The notes under the pieces: model-generated
The model's input: only the letters and a program-made list of their open reading frames with translations
Database searches by the model: none
What the model was told of the DNA's origin: nothing
Part shown: positions 11,240-18,727 of the stretch, piece by piece
How positions within the stretch are numbered: the first letter of the stretch is position 1
Layout: every line of letters begins with the position of its first letter
Program-made: the position numbers and the translations under genes
Sequence record: OP589283.1
DNA: 64,000 bases
Reading direction: 5' to 3' (one strand)

Positions 11240-11872
11240 ATGTATATCGTTATAGAGGGAATAGATTGCAGCGGTAAAGATACAGTCACTGCTGCACTAA
11301 TAAAAAAATTAGAAGAATTAGGACACGAGGTTGTTTCAGTTCGAGAACCCAGTGACCATAGCGAACACTGTCGTGATATTCGTAAGACATTAGAGTTTAC
11401 GAAAGGATTGACAGATATTCATCGTTATCGTCTATTGATGGATGCTCGAGAGCATTTGATGCGTGAGCGTGTTTCTCCTGTGATGCGGTCGGAAAAAATG
11501 ATTGTGGGTAACCGTAGCTTTATTAGTACGTTAGCTTATCAACAATCGTTGAACAGTGACGAAGTCTTTGCCGAGAACAGAAAGCTGTTGCATCACTATG
11601 AAACCATTCCAGACTTGGTCGTTTATTTAGACATCAATCATGAAACGTATTTAGCACGTATTCGACAACGACGTGAAGAAAAGAGTACGTTGGAAAAGTG
11701 GATAGATAAAAAAGAAAACTTTGAATCTGTCCGGGACCGATATTTAGATGTCATGTATGACAAATCGTTGTTCCGTAGTTTAGGTGGAAGTAAGTCGATA
11801 GCGTTAATGGTGCTAGACGGCGAGAAATCCATCGAAAGCTCTGTGTGTAGTATCTTGAGTCACCTGAAGTAA
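11240..11872 (+). CDS. tmk: thymidylate kinase
   Basis: P-loop IEGIDCSGKDT, VREPS, NRSFISTLAYQ, PDLVVYLD motifs. Confidence 0.9.
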   Translation: MYIVIEGIDCSGKDTVTAALIKKLEELGHEVVSVREPSDHSEHCRDIRKTLEFTKGLTDIHRYRLLMDAREHLMRERVSPVMRSEKMIVGNRSFISTLAYQQSLNSDEVFAENRKLLHHYETIPDLVVYLDINHETYLARIRQRREEKSTLEKWIDKKENFESVRDRYLDVMYDKSLFRSLGGSKSIALMVLDGEKSIESSVCSILSHLK

Positions 11873-11874
11873 AA

Positions 11875-11915
11875 TAATACCTCCTAGAGCCTTTGAGGGG
11901 CTCTAGGAGGTATTA
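11875..11915 (+). terminator. intrinsic terminator
   Basis: 17-bp stem TAATACCTCCTAGAGCC / GGCTCTAGGAGGTATTA. Confidence 0.8.
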
Positions 11916-11930
11916 GTCTTATAAGGCTTA

Positions 11931-11974
11931 ATTTTTAACTTATGTTTCATTTCAGGTCTATATAACTTAGGTGA
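11931..11974 (+). promoter_or_regulatory. early (virion RNAP-type) promoter, copy A of a 44-bp exact repeat
   Basis: CTATATAAC core at 11958; 44 bp identical to 29176..29219. Confidence 0.75.
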
Positions 11975-12032
11975 AATAAAGTACATAAATGGTTTATGTA
12001 CTAACCTTTATCTTAAGCCTTAGGAGGCTATT

Positions 12033-12467
12033 ATGAACGCATCAAACAATGTAAACTTAGGTCAACGTTTTTGTGAAGAAGCCATTTTCAACGAACTGTC
12101 AAAAATGTCGGTTCCCAACATGAAAGAGTTGGAGAAAGAAACATTTAAAGGCGTGTTACGTATGGATGGTGTTGACCCTAACGGGTTCATGTTAGGCGCT
12201 GTTGTTGCAGCAACTAACGGGGTGGTAAGTCTGGGTGTAGGTGCCCTGTTAGGTGTTAACGCCGTTGGTGGGTTAAACAATCTAGCTGGTCTGGCTGTTG
12301 CTACCGTAGCTGGTGGTATTGCATCTAAGACTATCGACAACCCAATTCATTCCTCATGGGTTGCAACTGGCGCCGGTTTAATCGGTACTCAGTTAGCTGC
12401 TCACGGGGTTGAAATGCTGCGTCGTCCAAACGAAGTAGCAGCACCAGAATTCAACCAATACGCCTAA
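12033..12467 (+). CDS. glycine-zipper-type membrane protein ending APEFNQYA
   Basis: GGAGG RBS; Gly/Ala-rich hydrophobic segments; paralog of 29280..29993. Confidence 0.7.
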   Translation: MNASNNVNLGQRFCEEAIFNELSKMSVPNMKELEKETFKGVLRMDGVDPNGFMLGAVVAATNGVVSLGVGALLGVNAVGGLNNLAGLAVATVAGGIASKTIDNPIHSSWVATGAGLIGTQLAAHGVEMLRRPNEVAAPEFNQYA

Positions 12468-12478
12468 TCAATAAATAG

Positions 12479-12509
12479 TTTAATAGGAGTTGTAATGACT
12501 CCTATTAAA
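12479..12509 (+). terminator. intrinsic terminator
   Basis: TTTAATAGGAGT / ACTCCTATTAAA stem. Confidence 0.65.
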
Positions 12510-12549
12510 TTTAAAAAGAAATCTTGAATTTCTTTTTTGGAGAAAAATC

Positions 12550-13215
12550 ATGGACAGTCAAGTTTATAGTTTAAACCTTACCGCTCGCTCTGAGCAAATG
12601 GAACACTCTATGCGTAGAGCAAAAGAGTTTCTAAACGGGGACAGAAACGTTCTCAAGTTAAAAGACTTTGAAGGATTAATCAATGTCCTCGAAGAACACG
12701 GTAAAGTTGTTTTAACTGAAGCCGTTGAACTGGTTGATAAATTTACTTACTTCACTGAAGTTATTAAGACAACCTGTGTTATTACTCCTCATGAAGCGCG
12801 TGAGCGTTACATTATTGAGTTAAAAATCGACAGTATTGTTGATGGTGTAAGTTCACCATTGTTATCCAATACTGTGTTGTTCTACTCATTTAAGGATAAC
12901 AGAGTACATCAAGAGATTTCTCTTGGAAATGGTGTGGTTGTTAACTCAACGTTAAGTACTAAAGAACCAGACCAATTTGTTTCTTTGGTGAGAACCAGAG
13001 CAGCAAATGCTCAGGATTTTAACTTAAACGTTAATTTTAGGGTAGACAAATCCCTAATCGAAAGTGACCAGTTAGTAAGAGCAGCTGGTTATGATCCAGA
13101 TGGGAACTTCATTTCAATCACAGGTAAAGGTAAAGTCGCCTTGATTGAAGACTACATAGTAACCGAGTTGGGTTATTTACCACTCGATAAGGAGATGAGT
13201 AATGTCTTTAACTAA
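12550..13215 (+). CDS. hypothetical protein
   Basis: 221-aa ORF, GGAG RBS. Confidence 0.7.
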   Translation: MDSQVYSLNLTARSEQMEHSMRRAKEFLNGDRNVLKLKDFEGLINVLEEHGKVVLTEAVELVDKFTYFTEVIKTTCVITPHEARERYIIELKIDSIVDGVSSPLLSNTVLFYSFKDNRVHQEISLGNGVVVNSTLSTKEPDQFVSLVRTRAANAQDFNLNVNFRVDKSLIESDQLVRAAGYDPDGNFISITGKGKVALIEDYIVTELGYLPLDKEMSNVFN

Positions 13216-13675
13216 TCCTGTTGTAGCAATCTTTAAATTGATGTGTAACTTTTTATGGATTGACAGTAAGGTTCAAAACTGCTTTGGTGCGCCTATTGAG
13301 GATGAACGTTTCAATATTGAAAGTGTTTATCGGTCTTTTGCTAAATCTGTTTTACAAGATTGGTACGCCCATATCTTGTTGGACGGTTACGGTAAAGTGG
13401 TGCACACCTTTACACTGGGTCAACGTTGGTTTATGGTCAACGTTGTTTTCGACCCTGAAACCAGTAAGTATCGGGTATTTACCAAAGTCAGTGGGGAACT
13501 GTTAAGTGAAGAAGAAGAACGTTTACTGGATTTCTTCGAGTGGTATTTAAGTGTCTCATTAACTGCTGCACACGATATTGATAGAAAGTCTGGATATACT
13601 AACAGAGTCGATATCTATCAGCGTCGTAACGATAACTGGTGTGTTGGTAAGAATCGCATCATCGCACCTATCTAA
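13202..13675 (+). CDS. hypothetical protein
   Basis: 157-aa ORF, AAGGAG RBS, overlaps upstream stop. Confidence 0.7.
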   Translation: MSLTNPVVAIFKLMCNFLWIDSKVQNCFGAPIEDERFNIESVYRSFAKSVLQDWYAHILLDGYGKVVHTFTLGQRWFMVNVVFDPETSKYRVFTKVSGELLSEEEERLLDFFEWYLSVSLTAAHDIDRKSGYTNRVDIYQRRNDNWCVGKNRIIAPI

Positions 13676-13684
13676 TGTCAACAA

Positions 13685-13720
13685 ATAACTTCACTCTATC
13701 GAAAGGTAGAGTGAAGTTAT
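13685..13720 (+). terminator. intrinsic terminator
   Basis: 16-bp stem with GAAA loop followed by T-rich tract. Confidence 0.8.
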
Positions 13721-13777
13721 CATTTTACTTTATTTTTTTATTTCAGTAAAATTTCACCAGGACTACATTTTATAAAA

Positions 13778-13804
13778 AAAGATTAAAGATTAAAGATTAA
13801 AGAT
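13778..13804. repeat. tandem heptamer (AAAGATT)x3 plus AAAGAT
   Basis: read directly in the non-coding interval 13721..14147. Confidence 0.8.
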
Positions 13805-13926
13805 ATTCATTAAATTACTGTAAATAAATATCAAATCATTATTGAATATCCCAGGGGGTGATCCCTATTTTTTTTTAATAATTCTATTTAATATATTCCG
13901 AAGGAATAATTTTGATCTTTTTGATC

Positions 13927-13974
13927 GGTATATATCCCCCATAAAAGGATTCTATCTTTAGGGGGATATATACC
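13927..13974. repeat. 14-bp perfect inverted repeat, 20-nt spacer
   Basis: GGTATATATCCCCC ... GGGGGATATATACC. Confidence 0.85.
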
Positions 13975-14201
13975 TTAAGTTGTTTGAATGAATGAATTGT
14001 TTTAAGAAATCTTACGATAAGTTGGAAAAGAATGAATAGAACAAAATTAATTATCCCCCTCCTCCTGTCGGTGGAAATATTCTTTAATGTGCTTGTAATT
14101 CATTCTAATCGATTTTTATCACCTTAACTGATAAAGTATACTGTTTAATGAAATCGTTTAATAGAGAACGATTTAGAGCGTTTATTGGAGATGTAGTAAT
14201 T

Positions 14202-14594
14202 ATGGCTAAATTAAAGATTCTGAGTGCAGATTACCCTAAAACGATTCCCGTACCCAACATGAAAAAGAATCGTCTGTTAGAACCCATTACCGTGAATTGG
14301 GTAGATAAGAATGGACTGCATAAAAAGTTCACTATCCAACAAGGTAAGCACAGTGATGGGGCAAGTATTCCCAAGATATTCTGGACGGTAATTGGTGATC
14401 CATTTAATCCTCGTTTTGCTCGAGCGGCTTGGTTCCATGATTACATGGCACATCGTGGTGCTGATCAGAAAGAAGTTAGTGAAGTGTTTTATCGTTTACT
14501 GTTGGAAGACGGCACTAATCGCATTAAAGCCAATCTGATGAAATATGCTGTCTGGATTTTTGTAAGTTTATATTACAAATTAACGAAAAGTTAA
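14202..14594 (+). CDS. DUF1353-like protein
   Basis: SDGASIPKIFW and AAWFHDYM motifs; ATG 14202 with GGAG RBS. Confidence 0.75.
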   Translation: MAKLKILSADYPKTIPVPNMKKNRLLEPITVNWVDKNGLHKKFTIQQGKHSDGASIPKIFWTVIGDPFNPRFARAAWFHDYMAHRGADQKEVSEVFYRLLLEDGTNRIKANLMKYAVWIFVSLYYKLTKS

Positions 14595-14615
14595 CATTAA
14601 TTAAAAATTAAAGTT

Positions 14616-14624
14616 CTATATTAC
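14616..14624 (+). promoter_or_regulatory. early promoter core CTATATTAC
   Basis: matches the phiKZ early consensus TATATTAC. Confidence 0.7.
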
Positions 14625-14696
14625 TGTAGGGAAGTTGTAAAAGACGTTCTTACAGTAATATCACTGTTTAAACCAGCTATAGATGGAAATAATAAC

Positions 14697-15629
14697 ATGA
14701 AAAAGATTATCATTGGATATCATGGTTTTTGTATGGACGGTATTGGGTCGTTAATTGTTGCGCAACGGAAATTCGGCGTAGAAAACGTTTTCCCTGTTCC
14801 GCTAGATCACTCTAAAAAAGACGAAAGCTTTGCACGCCTAATTAAAACGATAGAAGAAAATGAAGGCGTTGTTTCTAGTTTAGCCATTTTAGATTTTGCA
14901 TTTGATTTTGATATCATGAGTGAAATCGAAGATATTTGTGTGGAACGAAATCTTGGTTTATTATTAATTGACCATCATGAAGGAATGAAAGATGAAATAA
15001 ACAAATTCATCAATTATTCCGACCGTAATGGAACAGAAGTCATTTTTGATACGGGTCGTTCAGGGGCCTATTTAACGTGGGAATATTATTTTCCATCTAT
15101 TCCTGTTCCTCCGTTATTGTGTTATATCGACGATGGAGACCGTTACAAATTCAATTTACCCTCTGCTCGTGAAGTATGTGGTACATTGGTTTACTTGACC
15201 GGTAAAACAGACTATAAAGAATTAATGACTCATCTGAATAAAACAATGGATGAGTTACTGACCTATGCCGGCCCTGAATATGGTTTTATTACGGAATATG
15301 TAAGAAAGACTGTAGACCTTTACACTGTCGGAGTCCGAACACAGGAATTAGAAATCAATGGTGAAAAACTTTCCATTATTTTGAAGCCTTGTGATTTAGC
15401 CTTTTCAAGTTTAGTGGGGGAAGCATACTACAACATTCGTACAGACGTTAATGCAATCGTTATGTATAGTGGGGTAGGAAAAGAAGTAAACCTTTCCATT
15501 CGTTCTGGAAGTACTTTCCATGACGGATACGCTAAAAAGATAGCTCAGTATTTTGGAGGTAACGGACACCCTAATGCAGCAGGTTGTAAATTACCCCGTA
15601 AACAATTTGTAGAGTTGTTTTTAAAATAG
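14697..15629 (+). CDS. DHH/DHHA1-family phosphoesterase
   Basis: YHGFCMDG, ILDF, IDHH, and C-terminal GGNGHPNAAGC motifs. Confidence 0.85.
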   Translation: MKKIIIGYHGFCMDGIGSLIVAQRKFGVENVFPVPLDHSKKDESFARLIKTIEENEGVVSSLAILDFAFDFDIMSEIEDICVERNLGLLLIDHHEGMKDEINKFINYSDRNGTEVIFDTGRSGAYLTWEYYFPSIPVPPLLCYIDDGDRYKFNLPSAREVCGTLVYLTGKTDYKELMTHLNKTMDELLTYAGPEYGFITEYVRKTVDLYTVGVRTQELEINGEKLSIILKPCDLAFSSLVGEAYYNIRTDVNAIVMYSGVGKEVNLSIRSGSTFHDGYAKKIAQYFGGNGHPNAAGCKLPRKQFVELFLK

Positions 15630-15684
15630 GTATAGTTTCCTAATAAAAAACTACAGAGTTTATCATATACCACCCTTACTGACT

Positions 15685-15714
15685 TACAGGACTCCGACAT
15701 ACTGGAGTCCTGTA
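15685..15714 (+). terminator. intrinsic terminator
   Basis: TACAGGACTCC / GGAGTCCTGTA then CCTTTT. Confidence 0.7.
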
Positions 15715-15788
15715 GTCCTTTTATGATCTAAGTTTAAATCGGAGCATTATCATGTATCAACAACAAGTACAATTAACTGGTGGTTATT

Positions 15789-16166
15789 ATGAGTGAAGAA
15801 ATAAAAGTTGCTTATTGTTTAGGTGAGGTGATCGAACTTGGAGATGACCCCTCTAAGCATCTTGAAGAAGTAGCCGACCATTTCCAAGTTTCTATGGGGC
15901 TGCATGATTTAAGTGTTTTATTGGCGGAAGGTAAAAAACTTTCTTTAAGTAAAGTAGCACTGCAACTCCCGATGTTCGACATCGATCCAAAAATCATTAT
16001 TGAATTCAACATTAAAGAGTTTGATGTTCAAATTCTTAAAGGTAATGAATACCCTGATGGTAGTTGGGAAAAGAATCTCATCGGAGTAATAATCCGCGCT
16101 GGTCATATGCTTAATGACGCTATTTCTAACAAAGTCATTATGCCGACTAATTTTACTGTACAATAA
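15789..16166 (+). CDS. hypothetical protein
   Basis: ORF 15780..16166, ATG at 15789. Confidence 0.65.
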   Translation: MSEEIKVAYCLGEVIELGDDPSKHLEEVADHFQVSMGLHDLSVLLAEGKKLSLSKVALQLPMFDIDPKIIIEFNIKEFDVQILKGNEYPDGSWEKNLIGVIIRAGHMLNDAISNKVIMPTNFTVQ

Positions 16167-16195
16167 TTCCACCAAACAAGTAATAGTGAGTTGTT

Positions 16196-16594
16196 ATGGA
16201 AGTAATAAAAACATTACCGGAAACCATAAGTTGTTATCTGCTCAAACCTGTTGCATTACATTTTCACGTTAATGATACTGCTAAAAAATTAATGTGTGAA
16301 GTGATTTGTCGATTTGCTAGTCGGGACGTCACGTTAAAGTTACCCCCTATGGAAATCACCCCTAATAAAAGAAACGTTATCAGGCTCGGAGGGATTCAAA
16401 CATTACCAGAAGACATCAATGTTTTCACAGTGTATTTGAAAATCTTCGATGAAAATAACGTCGGTGTTAAAATGAAAACAAAAGTTAGAGTAGCTCGCAA
16501 TATCAATATGCAAGCTTACATTAACTTAAACAAACCGGGTACTCGAGCCCATTATCTAACCATCCCAGAACACAACTGGGATATAACACAATAA
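16196..16594 (+). CDS. hypothetical protein
   Basis: 132-aa ORF. Confidence 0.6.
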   Translation: MEVIKTLPETISCYLLKPVALHFHVNDTAKKLMCEVICRFASRDVTLKLPPMEITPNKRNVIRLGGIQTLPEDINVFTVYLKIFDENNVGVKMKTKVRVARNINMQAYINLNKPGTRAHYLTIPEHNWDITQ

Positions 16595-16620
16595 TTTTAC
16601 CAAATCTGTCGGAGGTCACC

Positions 16621-17193
16621 ATGAACTGGATGACAAATAAACCCTTCCCTAAATCAGGCAGTATCAACGAGGATACTGATGACCGTTGTGAACACGTTGA
16701 AAAAGATCCTAGTTTAGCACATTGGATTTTTGAAGAACACGACTCTTGGGGTGTAGTCGGTCGTTACGTTGCGTGTTGTGAATGTAAAGTCGCTCATAAA
16801 GAAGCAGAAGAAAACGAAGAAGAACCCTGCTATGATTGCGGTGGACTATTTAAGAATAAAGACCTGCGCCATTGGAGAGGGTTTTATTTTGATGCAAAGG
16901 CTGGTGAAGAACCTCTGCTTATTTGTAAATCGTGTTGTGAGAAAGAAAAACATAAAAAGCGTATTGAGCAGTATAAATACGATGAAGAACAAGAACGTCT
17001 TAATGACGACGAAGACGACTTAGATTGGGGGGACGATTATTACGAGGATGACCCTTCAGACCACGAGTTCTTTGATGAGAGCGAGGATGACTTTCAAACT
17101 CATCTTAATCAAGATATTGAAAAAAGCATGCTGGAAGAACAGTCAGCTACCGCCTCTGATTTCCTACAAGATGAACTTGCCAGTAAAGAGTAA
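16621..17193 (+). CDS. Cys-rich (putative Zn-finger) protein with acidic C-terminal tail
   Basis: CCECK, CYDC, CKSC motifs; D/E-rich last ~70 aa; GGAGG RBS. Confidence 0.65.
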   Translation: MNWMTNKPFPKSGSINEDTDDRCEHVEKDPSLAHWIFEEHDSWGVVGRYVACCECKVAHKEAEENEEEPCYDCGGLFKNKDLRHWRGFYFDAKAGEEPLLICKSCCEKEKHKKRIEQYKYDEEQERLNDDEDDLDWGDDYYEDDPSDHEFFDESEDDFQTHLNQDIEKSMLEEQSATASDFLQDELASKE

Positions 17194-17195
17194 TC

Positions 17196-17240
17196 TTTAA
17201 CTTATGATTTAAATTAAGTCTATATAACCTAGGTGAATAA
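17196..17240 (+). promoter_or_regulatory. early promoter, diverged third copy of the 44-bp repeat
   Basis: TTTAACTTATG...GTCTATATAACCTAGGTGAATAAAGTA, core at 17220. Confidence 0.7.
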
Positions 17241-17277
17241 AGTAAACAAAGTTGTTTACATAAACTAGGAGTTTGTT

Positions 17278-17373
17278 ATGGAAAAGTTTAAATCATTCGT
17301 TTTTGGTTTTATCGGAAGTTCTATCATGTTTTTCACTTTGGCTCTTACCTACGCGACGGCGAAAGGTTGGTAG
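17278..17373 (+). CDS. 31-aa single-TM membrane peptide (below the ORF-track cutoff)
   Basis: AGGAG RBS; MEKFKSFVFGFIGSSIMFFTLALTYATAKGW; own promoter and terminator. Confidence 0.7.
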   Translation: MEKFKSFVFGFIGSSIMFFTLALTYATAKGW

Positions 17374-17377
17374 CCCC

Positions 17378-17409
17378 CGTTAACAGGAAGCAGATGCTTC
17401 CTGTTAACG
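17378..17409 (+). terminator. intrinsic terminator
   Basis: 15-bp stem CGTTAACAGGAAGCA / TGCTTCCTGTTAACG then T7. Confidence 0.8.
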
Positions 17410-17462
17410 TTTTTTTATACCCTATTATTATTTTTATGTTAATTGCTGCGGAAAAGTTGAAA

Positions 17463-17645
17463 ATGAAAAATACTACGTCGGAACCGGAACCAGACGAAAT
17501 AAATGCACCGGAGTTTTCTTTAGATAAAGAAGAAATACCTGATGGTCTTTGTTCTTTTATTTATTTAGTGATTACATTAGCTGTTATTTTGTTTGTTATA
17601 CTAATCCCTGGGGTGCGTGATGAAGTCTTTTCTTTATTTAGATAG
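17463..17645 (+). CDS. small membrane protein
   Basis: ORF 17367..17645; likely start 17436 or 17463; acidic N-terminus then one TM helix. Confidence 0.5.
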   Translation: MKNTTSEPEPDEINAPEFSLDKEEIPDGLCSFIYLVITLAVILFVILIPGVRDEVFSLFR

Positions 17646-18162
17646 CGATGGTGTATTAGCTGATTGGGTGTCTAAAATGATTGAGATGATTAACCACCCT
17701 GAGATTGTTTGTCAAGAAACATTAAACAAACATCCTGAACGCAGCATCTATATTCAAGAGGTATACAAGAAGAATCCGAATCTATTTGCTGAACTTAACC
17801 CCATTCCATTGGGGGTTAGTTTAGTGAACAGACTTAGAGATTTAAACATACCTTTTAAAATTCTTACTGCAATCGGGCCCGACCATCATTCCTTTGAAAT
17901 TGCAAAAGAAACTAAACTACAATGGTTTAAAAACCATTTCTTATTATCAGAAGAAGAAGTTGTTTGTGTGCCTTTATCTGAAGATAAGAAAATGTATTGT
18001 TGGGACGGGGTGGTTTTAGTTGACGACTATGAAAAGAATGTCGAAGACTGGAATGAAAATGACGGGATTGGGTTGTTGTTCAAAGAAGATGAAAGTGTTG
18101 TTTCAAACATCTTAGAACAAATTGTGATTCATCATAAAAGTTGGAATACTCAACAAATGTAA
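17617..18162 (+). CDS. HAD-family 5'(3')-deoxyribonucleotidase
   Basis: motif I LYLDSDGVLADW, ILTA, LVDDY motif IV. Confidence 0.85.
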   Translation: MMKSFLYLDSDGVLADWVSKMIEMINHPEIVCQETLNKHPERSIYIQEVYKKNPNLFAELNPIPLGVSLVNRLRDLNIPFKILTAIGPDHHSFEIAKETKLQWFKNHFLLSEEEVVCVPLSEDKKMYCWDGVVLVDDYEKNVEDWNENDGIGLLFKEDESVVSNILEQIVIHHKSWNTQQM

Positions 18163-18178
18163 CGGTATAGGTGGGAGC

Positions 18179-18727
18179 ATGAAATACAATATTTATGTTT
18201 ATTTGGAAGACGTAGCAATAAACTGGTTACTCAGAATAAACGAAGGATTGAAAGTAGCGACGGAATTAAAAGTTCCCCATACTCTATCTACGTTCTTTGC
18301 TAACGGTGACAGAAACCTATTAATAAAGAAAGCATTTTCTACTCCTAGTTTATACTTTTACGGTATCCCTTTAACCAATTCAACTCAGCAATTGATAAAG
18401 GGCATGAACGCCGAAGATTACATCAACTACAAAATAGTCATGTTAAGTAGCGAAGCTGAGTCAAAACTTACGTGGCTTAAAGAAACGTTTAACATCCCAA
18501 AGAAGGATGTTGTTTTTATTCCATCTGACCTCGAAATAACAGAATTAATAGAAGAGAACAGTATATTTATTCTGAATGAACCGGAACTAACCAAAGTAAT
18601 AACTGATGCTAACGGTTATGTTGCGGGTTCATTTAATTCAACTTTTACAAAAGAAGATACACTATGGTTGTTACATAAGTTAAATGAGTACACTACAAAG
18701 AAGGAACCGCCCTGTGGAAATTTATAA
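18179..18727 (+). CDS. degenerate paralog of the HAD nucleotidase
   Basis: same layout (IYVYLEDVAINW; KLTWLKETFNI; SIFILNE) but catalytic DxD and DD missing. Confidence 0.55.
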   Translation: MKYNIYVYLEDVAINWLLRINEGLKVATELKVPHTLSTFFANGDRNLLIKKAFSTPSLYFYGIPLTNSTQQLIKGMNAEDYINYKIVMLSSEAESKLTWLKETFNIPKKDVVFIPSDLEITELIEENSIFILNEPELTKVITDANGYVAGSFNSTFTKEDTLWLLHKLNEYTTKKEPPCGNL

